Source of the DNA: Dendrobates tinctorius
Taxonomy: Eukaryota
Direction: 5' to 3'
Assembly: GCF_039654945.1 (NCBI RefSeq)
Contig: NW_027361754.1
Coordinates: forward strand, 30,566,001-30,630,000
DNA: 64,000 nucleotides
Position 1 is the stretch's first letter, and each line of letters starts with the position of its first letter. Below are positions 38,601 to 50,600 of the stretch, one piece after another. Under the pieces are notes generated by a model. The model did not search any database, was not told where the DNA came from, and saw only the letters and a program-made list of their open reading frames with translations. The position numbers and the translations under genes are program-made.

Positions 38601-41600
38601 TATCAACCGCCAAGGGGGGGACACTGAGTGTCTCAGCCCTGGCGGAAGTGTCCAGAATTCTTCAATGGGCAGAGACCTTTGTTCCAACGATTTCCGCGGT
38701 TCACATTCCCGGCGTGGACAACTGGGCCGCCGATTTCCTCAGCCGCGAGGGTCTCGCGGCAGGGGAATGGTTCCTACATCCGGAGGTGTTTCATCTGCTC
38801 TGCCGTCGGTGGGGAACCCCGGATGTAGACCTCATAGCATCTCGCCTCAACAGAAAAGTCCCACAATTCGTGTCCAGGTCTCGGGACCCTCTGGCAGTGG
38901 GCGCCGACGCTCTGGCCGTCCCTTGGTCACAGTTCGTGCTCCCCTACCTGTTCCCTCCTCTGCCTCTTCTTCCCAAGTTGTTGAAGAAAATCAAAGCAGA
39001 GGGGATTCCAGTCATCCTCATCGCCCCGAATTGGCCCAGAAGGTCTTGATTCGCAGACATTGTCAACCTTCTCGCGGACGCCCCCTGGAAGCTTCCCGAC
39101 GGGCAGATCTGCTGTCTCAAGGCCCGATTTGCCACCCCAATTCTCGGTCGCTCAATTTAACGGCGTGGCTGTTGAGACCGAGGTTTTGAGACGGGCAGGA
39201 TTCTCTGATCGGGTAATTCATACCGTGATCCTTGCCCGAAAGCCGCCTTCTTCGAAGATCTATTACCGTACTTGGAAAAGCCTATTTATCCTGGTGTGAG
39301 GCCAATGACATCGCGCCCTTGGTTTTTTCGCTCCCTTCTATTCTGGCGTTTCTGCAGGCAGGGCTGGATGCGGGGCTTGCTCTCAGTTCCTTGAAGGGTC
39401 AAGTTTCGGCACTGTCCATTTTATTTCAGAAAACGCTGGCCTCCCGGCCCCAGGTCAAAACCTTCCTCCAGGGTGTGGCTCACACGGTTCCTCCGTACCG
39501 AGCTCCCGTGGATCCTTGGGATCTTAATTTGGTTCTTCAGGTTCTGCAGGGTCCTCCTTTTGAACCTCTCAGGGACGTTTCCCTTTCCCTCCTTTCTTGG
39601 AAAGTGGCCTTTCTGGTGGCCATTACCTCCATCCGGCGCGTGTCGGAATTAGCGGTACTTTCTTGCCGCTCTCCTTTTTTGGTCCTTCATCAGGACAAGG
39701 TAGTTCTGCGGCCTTCGCCCTCTTTTCTTCCGAAGGTGGTATCTTCGTTTCACCTCAATGAGGACATTGTTCTGCCATCCTTCTACCCGAGCCCAGCTCA
39801 CCCTCAGGAGCGGTCTTTGAACAAGCTGGACCTAGTCAGGGCATTGAGAGTCTATCTAGCCCGGACGACTTCCTTGCGGAAGTCAGACTCTCTGTTCATC
39901 ACCCAGCCTCAAAGGCCACTATTGCGCGCTGGATCAGATCGGCAATTTTGGAGGCATACCGGGTCAAGCATCAAGTGGCCCCTCCAGGGATCAGAGCGCA
40001 CTCTACCCGGGCGGTGGGTGCCTCCTGGGCGGTGCGCCACAGAGCTTCTGCGCTGCAGCTTTGCAAGGCTGCAACGTGGTCATCGGTTCACACCTTTGTG
40101 AAATCCTACAGGGTCCACACCTACGCTTCGGCGGACGTCAGCCTAGGTAGAAAGATTCTGCAGGCTGCGGTGGCGAGTCCACTGGCCTGATGGAAGTTTG
40201 TTTCCCACCCCAGGGACTGCTTTGGGACGTCCCATGGTCTCTGTGTCCCCCAATAAGGCGAACGAGAAAACAGGATTTTTTGGGTTGCTTACTGTAAAAT
40301 CTGTTTCTCGGAGCCTTCATTGGGGGACACGGCACCCTCCCATGTTCTACAACTCCTGTTCTTATGTTTGTCGGTTTGTTACAGTTGAGTTGTTTGTTCT
40401 GTTTTCAATCTATTCTGTTACTTCTCCTACTGCTTTCTCACTAACTGAGGAACTTCCTGCCGGTCGGTGGGGTGTACACTGCGGAGGAGGAGCTAACCTT
40501 TTTTTGTGCATAGTGTCAGCCTCCTAGTGGCAGCAGCATACACCCATGGTCTCTGTGTCCCCCAATGAAGGCTCCGAGAAACAGATTTTACGGTAAGCAA
40601 CCCAAAAAATCCTGTTTTTTCATTTCTGTCATACCACTTTGCATTAATTCCTGAAAATCACCTGAAGGGTTAATAAACTACCTGACTGCAGTATTCCATA
40701 TGTCGGGGTGCTGTTTTTAAAATGGTGTCACTTTTGGGGGTTTTCCAATATATAAGACCGCTAAAGTCACTTCAAACCTGGATAGGTCACTAAAAAAATA
40801 AATTTTGTAAATTTCCTTGATAAAATGAAAAATTACTGCTCCATTTTTAAACCTCTTAAAATGCTAACAAAATAAAATAACATTTTACAGATGATGCTGA
40901 TGTAAAGCAGACATGAGGAAAATGTTATTTATGAATGTTTTTCTGTGGTATGACTGTCTGGATTAAAGGGATAATCATTCAAAGTTTGAAAATTGCTAAT
41001 TTTTTATCATTTTTCTCAAATTTCTGATATTTTTTTATAAATGACAATTGATGTTTTGTTTTTATTATAATAAATAAAAATTGATTTGATAATATATAAT
41101 TAATTTTGTATGTATTTTTGGTTAAAAATAGTTTTACTCTGTCGCCTCATTGGGGGCCACAGAACCATGGATGTTATGCTGCTGTCCACTAGGAGGCGAC
41201 ACTATGCATAATCTGAAAAAGATTAACTTTGGCTCCTCCTCTGCAGTATACACCCCTGGACGGCGTCAGCCTTCTCCAGTTTTTGCTTAGTGTCGCAAGG
41301 AGGCACACCTGAAGATTTTTATTCTTCAACGGATTACAGATGAAAAGTGGGTCTCTACCGAGACTCCCGGCATGGCTCCTTCCTTGGCCCCCTATTATGG
41401 GGTACCCAGTTGAAGTGGAGATGGTCATTCCCCATGTCGCTCCTTCCCCAGTCCCTCGGGTACTGGTTCGAAGTCGAGATCCCCCTCCTTCCCCAACCTC
41501 TTTGGGGTCTGGGTTGAGGTCGAGGCGAGGATGAAGACCCCTGATGGTGACAGACGCACCCTGCTTAATCCCCCTCTGGGGGCATTAAGATGAGACACCA

Positions 41601-44600
41601 CAGGTACGGTCTATATAAGGCAGCATTCTGCAGCTTAAACAGCCGGGGACCCCAGCCCCGCTGCGGGCTCCTGTTGGGGCCGGGGAAGAGTGCAGACAGA
41701 CATGGCACATACAGAGACAGTCCTCCCTGCGCCCCTGTCTCTGCGGCAGCACCGGCTCCATAACGCCTCGGGGACCCCCCATACGGACACCGCTATCGCT
41801 GCTGGCCCCACCGCTACTCTCTCTCAATCCGGGGGGGGGGTCTGGTTCAGATCTGACCCCCCTCCCGGACATCCGCGCCGCCCTGGAGCCCTCCTGGGCA
41901 TCAGGCTTCTAATTTAGACCACGGCTTCGGCCTAGCTGAAGCCGCCGCCTTCTCCCCGCCCCCCGGATGACGATTATGACACTATAGTATCATAGAAGAG
42001 GCGGAACGAGGCAGAAAGGGTGCGTTTTTACATAGCCCTGCGCGCCCTTTTCAGCTCTCCGCCCCATTCTTCTCCTCCTCAGCGTCCCGGTGGCCATCTT
42101 TACTGCAAGCCATCTGACAGGACGCCCACAGCAACGTCAGCAGTCTCCGGGGGGCACAGGACTGTGATTTGTTGGCTCTGGACCTAGGGGCACACTGGTG
42201 GGGTAAGATCACAGCTGGGTTCTCTTTACTCAGCTGTGAATCCATATCACCTATAAGGCTCTCCTATAGGCTCCTCTGCGCAGCCACCCCTGGAGGGTCC
42301 CTGATAGCCAGCCTCTGTGCACTATGCCGGGCTCGAGAAAGAGAACCAGGCAGGACTGTTTTTATGCATTCTGCACAGCCTGCAAAACCATTCTCCCCAG
42401 TGGTAGCACATACCCACATTGCCGGGATTGCATCCAAAACACTGGGTCCGAACCCCAGGAAGCCCCTACCAATGCTTCAGCGTTGACTACCACACCGGAA
42501 TGGGCTGCTTAAATGTCAAAGTCTAAGACACAGTCCATAGATAATCTAACCTCCACACTGCTGCAGGCTCTGCAGGGGCATGTCTCGGCTATGAACGTTA
42601 CCCAGCAAAAGGATAGCTTGTCTCGGGAACATGCCGTTTCCGACACTCACAAACGTAAGCGAACCCACAGGTCGCGGTCATCTGCGTCATCCCATAGCAC
42701 ACAGTCATGTCCCTACAGGGAGAGACACCGTGATTCCAGGTCACCTAGACCGTCACCTACCAGAGACAGACAACGCAGATCCCCACAGCGATCTCCGACC
42801 ACTGCAGACCTCCACTCCACTTTGCCCACCAGTGAACGCCTTAGTGACACGCAGGATTCGAAAGGCATTTGTGACTCCGACTCAGACAACAAAACGCAGA
42901 GGTCTGCGGTACCTTGTCCCCCTAGCACTACAGCGCTAGTTGAGGACATAGTCTCTTCCATCCATCGGGTGCTGGAAATTTCTGATCCAACCCCGGAAGC
43001 CCCATAACACAAAATTTGCTTTGAAAGTGTCCTGAAACCACCTAAGGTCTTCCCTAATCACCCGGAGTTTCAGACGATACTTACTAAGCAGTTCTCCCAG
43101 ACTGAGAAGAAATTTGCCAATCGCAAATATTTGGAAGCAAGGTACCCCTTCCCAGAGAAGGACACCAAGGGGTGGACAGACCTACCCGAAGTGGACCCCC
43201 CCAGTCTCTAGGCTAGCAGCACAGACCCTGCTCTCAATGCCAGATGGCTCAACCCTCAGGGACGCAGCAGACCGGCAGGTAGAACGCATGGCTCGTTCAG
43301 TTTTCGAAGCGGCAGGGGCCTCCCTGGCCCCCGCGTTCGCTTCAGTTTGGGCGGCCAAGGCCATTCTGGCTTGAGCCAAAGCATTGCAAGATGGTCTTCA
43401 AGCTTCAAATCCCGGGCTTTCGGACCAAGCGGTTCAAATTGCAGTTGTAGCAGATTACATGCTTCATGCAGCCCTGGACTCTGCAAGAGGTGTAGCGGGG
43501 ATAGCAGCAAACGCCATCACGATCCGGCGTATCCTCTGGCTGCGGGAATGGAAAGCGGATGCAGCCTAAAAGAAGTCCCTCTCGCATCTCTCGTACCTTT
43601 AGTGGACGGCTTTTTGGTGAAAAGTTGGACACAATGATATCCAACGCCACTGGGGGCAAGAGTACCTCTCTCCCTCAGCTGAAATCTAAACGCACGTTCA
43701 AACGGCGTTTCCAAACACGATTCCAATCCTTTCGGAATTCTTCGGGCTGGTCCGTCTCGCGCCCAGCACAAAATCGTAACTGCTCTCCACCCAGGGTCAA
43801 CCCACGGTTGGTGCAGAGGCCGGATAGGACCTGGCAGTCGAAAGGAGGCCAAGCGAAACCCAAGGGAGGAAAACCTCAGAACTTCGCTTCATCATGACTC
43901 ACGAACTCCGGAAGACACCCCACCAGTAGGCGGGCGACTTCTACTCTTTCAGCAAGTCTGGCTGCCTATTACAGAAGACAGGTGGGTCAGGGAAATAGTG
44001 TCTTCCGGATACAAGATAGAGTTCACTTCCAGTCCACCAAACCGGTTCTTCCTCTCTGTTACACCAAAACCGCCAGACAAGGCTCGTGCCTTCCACCAAG
44101 CGGTCTCCTCTCTCCTTCAAGCAGGAGTCGTAGTACCGATTCCCGTGAACAAACTCTTCCGAGGGTTCTACTCCAATCTATTCGTAGTCACCAAGAAAGG
44201 AGGCAGCGTCCGGCCCATACTAGACCTAAAACAGCTCAACAAATATGTACGGGTCCGTCATTTTCGCATGGAGTCCCTTCGGTCCATCATTGCGTCCATG
44301 GAGCAGGGAGAATATCTCACCTCCATAGATATACAAGACGCATACCTGCACATACCAATTGCTTCCGCCCATCAACGGTTTCTCAGGTTCACGATCAACC
44401 AGGACCACTACCTGTTCGTGGCTCTCCCGTTCGGGCTTGCCACGGCTCCAAGAACGTTTTCCAGGGTCATGGCAGCTACCATGGATGTTCTACACTCCAG
44501 AGGCATTGTAGTCGTTCCATACCTGGACGACCTTCTCATCAAGGCTTCCACCTTCAAAGACTGCGAGGACAGTGTGTCAATCACAATCGACACTCTGAGT

Positions 44601-47600
44601 CGCCTGGGCTGGTTAGTCAACCTACAAAAGTCATTGACTACCCCGAGTCAGGCCTTGACCTTCCTTGGGATGCTATTCAACACTTCCAGGGGTCTGGTGC
44701 TCCTACCCAGGGACAAGACACTGTCTCTCCATCTGGGAGTTCGCATACTCCTCCGCAATCCTCCCCGATCCCTCCGGTCTGCCATGAGAGTCCTCGGCAG
44801 GATGGCAGCAGCAATGGAGGTGGTACCATTTGCCCAGTTTCACCTCAGGCCTCTTCAACTTGCCATCCTCAAGTCTTGGGACAGGAATCCCTTCTCCCTC
44901 GACAGGGAATTCCAGTTGACATCAACCAGGAGGTCCCTACACTGGTGGCTCAAGCCAACTTCGCTTGCAAGAGGAAAATCTTTTCTCTCAGGTCACTGGA
45001 AGGTCCTGACCACCGATGCAAGCCTGACAGGTTGGGGTGCGGTGCACCTACATCACAGGGCACAAGGCAAGTGGTCACCAGCGGAAACTACCTTGCCCAT
45101 CAATATTCTGGAAATTCGGGCCATCTTCCTGGCACTGAGCCTTTCATCGCTTGCTGGCAGCCTCTCACATAAGAATACAGTCAGACAATGCCACGGCGGT
45201 GGCATATGTGAATCACCAAGGCGGGACCCGCAGTGCCCAGGCGATGAGAGAAGTGGCACAGATCCTCCACTGGGCGGAAGAGACGAGGTCGGTACTTTCA
45301 GCAGTCCACATCCCGGGTGTGGACAACTGGGAAGCCAACTTCCTCAGCAGACAAGGAATGGACACGGGGGAGTGGTCTCTCCATCCCGAAATTTTTCACC
45401 AGATCTGCCATCGCTGGGGGACCCCAGACGTGGACCTAATGGCATCCCATTTCAATGCCAAGGTCTCCAATTTCATGGCCAGGACCCGCGACCCGCGGTC
45501 GCTTGGAGTGGATGCCCTGGTGCAGGACTGGACCGAGTTCCTGCTTATTAACATTTTTCCACCCCTCCCCCTGATCTCCAGAGTCGTGAGGAAGATCAAA
45601 CAAGAGGGAGTTCCAACCATCCTGATCGCGCCGGACTGGCCCAGACGTACATGGTACGCCGACATCGTGCAACTTACAGTAGACGCCCCCTGGCGTCTCC
45701 CCAACCATCACGACCTACTGTCACAAGGTCCGTTCTACCATCTGAACTCAGGGGCTCTCAATTTGACGGCGTGGCCCTTGAAACCTGAGTTCTAACCCAA
45801 GCAGGGCTCTCACCAGACGTCATCACAACCATGATCAGGGCAAGAAAGCCAGCCTCCGCCAAGATTTATCGTACCTGGAGAGCTTTCTTTACCTGGTGCA
45901 AATCCCGTGGACAGGTCCCACTCCCTTATTCCCTCCCGAAGGTGCTGGGTTTTCTTCAATCGGGCCTGGACGCCAGGCTATCCCTAGGCTCGCTTAAGAG
46001 CCAGGTGTCAGCGCTTTCAGTGCTTTTACAAAGGCGTATTGATAACAAGCCGCAAGTTAGGACTTTTCTCCAGCGAGTTTCCCTCTTGGTTCCCCCCTCC
46101 AGACGCCCACTGGAAACGTGGGATCTCAACCTGGTCCTGACAGCATTACAGGCACCACCTTTCGAACCCCTTAAAGAAGTCCCACTTCGCATCCTGTCAC
46201 AGAAAGTTGTTTTTTCTGGCGGCAATCACCTCGCTGCGCAGGGTGTCTGAATTATCAGCACTCTCCTGCAGACAGCCTTTCCTAGCTTTTCACCAGGACA
46301 AGGTGGTTCTCCGTACAGTACCATCCTTCCTTCTGAAGGTTGTGTCCACCTTCCACCTCAATGAAGAAATTTCACTGCCATCCCTTTGCCTGGTTCCGGT
46401 TCATAGAGTGGAGAAGGCTCTGCATACGCTTGACCTCGCCAGGGCACTGCGCCGTTCTGGAATTCTGATTCCCTTTTCCTTCTTCCGGAAGGCGTTTGCA
46501 AAGGTCTGCCGGCTTCCAAAGCTACCCTTGCCAGGTGGATCAAGTCCACCATACAAGAGGCTTACCGACTTAACAATTCTCCTCTTCCGGCCGGTATCAC
46601 GGCACACTCTACGCGGACAGTAGGGGCCTCCTGGGCCATTCGGCACCAGGCTTCGGCACAACAAGTGTGTAAGGCGGCCACTTGGACTAGCCTACTCACG
46701 TTTGCGAAACACTACAGAGTTCATACCCAGTCCTCAGCGGATGCGAGCCTGGGTAGACGGGTTCTGCAGGCGGCAGTGCCCCAAGTTTAGGGACCTGCTA
46801 GCACAGTATTCGTCCATTGCTTCCCACCCAGGGACTGCTTTGGGCCGTCCCATGGTTCTTTGTCCCCCAATGAGGCGACAGAGTAAAGGAGATTTTTGTG
46901 TACTCACCGTAAAATCTTTCTCTTGGCCTCTATTTGGGGGACACAGCTCCCACCCTGTTACCCTTACGGGCCATTGTTACGGTTGAGTTCTCATATTCTT
47001 TGAGCTTGTACATAGTAGCCTTCTTACAGGCATGGTTATGTTATTTCTGTTATGTTCCTCCTAATGCTTTTGCACAAAACTGGAGAAGGCTGATGCCGTC
47101 CAGGGGTGTATACTGCAGAGGAGGAGCCAAAGTTAATCTTTTTCAAATTATGCATAGTGTCGCCTCCTAGTGGACAGCAGCATAACACCCATGGTTCTGT
47201 GTCCCCCAATTAGAGGCTAAGAGAAAGAGATTTTATGGTGAGTACACAAAAATCTCCTTTTTTGTTTTTGCAGTTGGGTTTCTTTAAAATTGTTGCACCA
47301 ATATATATACTGTATATTGTTTTGTTTAGCCAAAATTCATGCAAAAAAAATAAAAATGTTCCCCTCATAAGCATAAAAAAACAATCTTGCCAGCTTTGCG
47401 TCCCCACCAGTCTTATGTACTGTACTTCTGGCAAGCCAGCCATGTGACTGGCTCTAGAACTCTGTATTTATCGACTCTATTTCTACTCTTTCATTCACAT
47501 ACTTAAAATATTTTTCGGTCCGGTACCTATTGCGCTAACCATTTGTCTCTTTGATTTTTAGAGCAACCCATTAAGGACGTAGTGATTACCGTCCCTGCCT

Positions 47601-50600
47601 TCTTTAACCAGGCAGAGCGCCGAGCCGTGCTCCAGGCCGCCAAGCTAGCCGGCCTCAAGGTGCTTCAGCTCATAAATGATAACACCGCAGTGGCTCTAAA
47701 CTATGGGGTTTTCCGAAGGAAAGATATTAACTCCACTGCACAGGTTTGTTTGCAAATTTTATACTTTCAAAGTACATTCCCCTGGAAACTGCACACTGAA
47801 AATCTGCTGCAACCTACAGCAGCCACATTGAGGGTGAGAGTTTCTCAATTCTCATTCAGGTGCTGCAGCAAAAAAATACACAATATAAATTGATGATATA
47901 TAGAAAAAATTGTATACGAGATCCAAAATGTGCAAAAGAACTACAAAAAAATGTGACATTCTATTAATGTTTAACAATACAAAGAGGATAAAAAACAAGG
48001 ACATTAAAAAGTGAGAAACCACAAGGAGGCGCCACAATCCCATACATCATGCTTTCAGGTTTGAAGGTAGTCTAAGCATAATAAAATTACTTATGAAAAA
48101 GGTCACTAACGCACTATTTGTTAAGACTGAAGACAACCCCATATGCACTTCTATAGAGAATACATTCTCCAGGAATGAGCAAAAACTAAATATCAAAAGT
48201 GATATTCTAACCAAGAAACTATGGGATGGAGGGTAGATAAATACCTGTTTAGGGACGTGAGGCACGCCAAAGACCTGACGCATGTTTCGGCTGTATAACC
48301 TTCTTCCGTAAGTTGGCTCCTTCTTTCTAACCTAATGATGGCAGCTGCTACTCTGCTCCTGCCCTATAACCTGATGGCAGCCGCCACTTGGCTCCTCCTG
48401 CCCTATAACATGATGGCAGCTGCCACTCGGCTCCTCCTGCTCTATAACATGATGGCAGCTAAGAGTCAGCTCCTCCTGCCCTATAACATGATGGCAGCTA
48501 AGAGTCAGCTCCTCCTGCCCTATAACATGATGGCAGCTAAGAGTCAGCTCCTCCTGCCCTATAACATGATGGCAGCTAAGAGTCAGCTCCTCCTGCCCTA
48601 TAACATGATGGCAGCTAAGAGTCAGCTCCTCCTGCCCTATAACATGATGGCAGCTAAGAGTCAGCTCCTCCTGCCCTATAACATGATGGCAGCTAAGAGT
48701 CAGCTCCTCCTGCCCTATAACATGATGGTTTCATATGGGAATGTCATTGAATGTGTTGGTGGATTAGATATAAATGTGATGGTCTTACTGTTATACAGTC
48801 TGAACTCCCTTTAATTGTATGTCCGCCTTGTGTTCCAGAGCATTATGTTTTATGATATGGGATCAAGGAGCACAGCATGCACTATTGTCACTTATCAAAC
48901 TACAAAGACTAAGGAGTCTGGCATTCAGCCACAGCTTCAAATCCGTGGTGTTGGGTAAGAAATGAGTTGTCCTTTAAAGAAATTGTGTGGGAAACATGAC
49001 TGACAAAATAAATTGGTACATGTCATATTCCAAATTCTTCTCTTAGACGTTTTTTTTATACCTTAAAGTTTTGGAAAGATCTTGAAAAAAGGGCACGGCT
49101 AAGGAGTTGTACAATGCTCAGAATTTATTGAAAGTGTGCAAGTTGTTTTTCTTTTATTGGTTATATGTATGCCAGCTGGGATTTACAAAAGAGCTGGCTG
49201 CAGGACCATCGCCAGGATGAGTTGCATACAGTGGCAGGTCTCCCATGTATCCTGCCGCTCCATTCTAAGTCATGGAGGAAACCGAGCGCAGCGCTACATC
49301 TGTACCTTAGACCAGTGACTGGTCCCTGCGCTGACCAGAGTCACCATGTTTGAAATGGGCGTTAAAGAAGTTTTTTAAGCATGTAGTCACCTATTGAATG
49401 GATAGGTGATAACTGTTGGACTGGTGAGGGTCTACTCATTAGGACCCCAATTGTTTTCCAGAATGGGGAATTTTGTTCCCTTCTGCCCGCACACTACAGA
49501 CTGGAAGAATTGGCTGGAGCACCTCCACTCAACTCCTCTTGGCACTGAAGTCCTCCATGTCTTCAGTGCCATAGAGGATGTAGGATACCATTATCTTAGC
49601 AGGGAAGAACATTGGACATAAGTCCCTTTTTTTTCTTTTTCTTTTTTTTTTTTTTTTTTTGAGACTCTATTGGTTTGACTCATATAGATCTACAGGCCCC
49701 CATACGCATTAGGCAGCCATCGGCTGAATGGCTACCTCTCCTGACTCCATGCAGAAGAATGCTTAGCTGGCCAAGCACTCTTAGGTTCTCTGACATTTGC
49801 TGCCAAACTGCTTTGGAGGTGGGTGTCATGATCCGGGGGTGTTTGGTTGCCTCCAGTTCTTCAGGGGATTTATTATATCCCACTTTCCAGTTCTGGTTTG
49901 GAACTTGCAGCTCTCTGGTGCCCCCTTACCCTCAGGTCAGTCAGGGAACTACACCTAGGATAAGTAGTCAGCAGAAGGGCTGCCTTGCTGTGTACTGGCT
50001 CTCTGCAGGGAGGGCAGTATGTATATTCCCAGTCCCAGGCAGGAAATACTCATGTTAAACCTAAATTCCGTCCCTGCCAAAATCTACCAAATACCCCAGA
50101 ACACACTTTGCAGCCACCAGCTCCTAGTTCTGATATTAAAATCAATATCGGGTCAGGAACCAACCCACCAGTAACGTAGTTTTAGCACAGAGGACGTTGG
50201 GGGTACGTTTAGAGCAAGGAGAACAAAGCTAGTAAAGTTTTATAGATTTTACTCCAAAAAGAATAGGCAGTGTTCACAAAAGTACAAAAGATGTTACAAA
50301 GAGAGACAGATACAATATATACAGGCCATTACAAAATAAACATTGATTAAAGATGAACTTGCATACGGTATTTCAGTCAGTGGCACGCCATGTGGATTGG
50401 GGGAGGGGATCATTCCCAAATCATCAGGTCAAAATGCACAGCCTCCCCTAGCTGGTTCCCCGGGCAGAAAAACACACTCCCAATAAGGATTCATAGCCTT
50501 ATACTGTTGGGTGACATCACTGGGTGGGCGGAGCTATGGAAAGCATTCCCCTGTTGAAAGTTACTAAAAAGCTTATGAGTGCCATATCTCTGGTTGAGGA

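Larger units (their letters stand above)
31325..40617 (+). mobile_element. DIRS1-like retrotransposon, copy 2 (both termini present, young, interrupted by a hAT)
   Basis: Begins tttctcgttcg. Near-identical ITRs ~31340-31463 / ~40441-40566. ICR 40231-40330 is complementary to the end-start junction. Carries gag, RT-RH-MT and YR ORFs. Confidence 0.95.
41133..47260 (+). mobile_element. DIRS1-like retrotransposon, copy 3 (both termini present, ORFs degraded)
   Basis: Begins tttactctgtcgcc. ITRs ~41150-41285 / ~47073-47209; ICR 46849-46944. Carries gag with a CxxC..CxxC motif, RT, RNase H, MT-like and YR sequences. Confidence 0.95.

Noticed and set aside
37371-38627. 418-aa ORF overlapping the RT (also 43982..45172 and 5683..6432)
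   Set aside because: Long overlapping frames upstream of the YR domain are a known DIRS feature. I see no recognisable domain, so I did not call a separate gene.
41945-42010. Hammerhead-like CGGATGA...hairpin...GAAG in the DIRS copy 3 leader
   Set aside because: The core deviates from CUGANGA/GAAA, and no helix I/III with an NUH cleavage site could be built.
48335-48814. 159-aa ORF with [13 protein letters not shown] repeats
   Set aside because: Translation of an intronic 39-bp minisatellite; the flanking HYOU1 exons join in frame without it.
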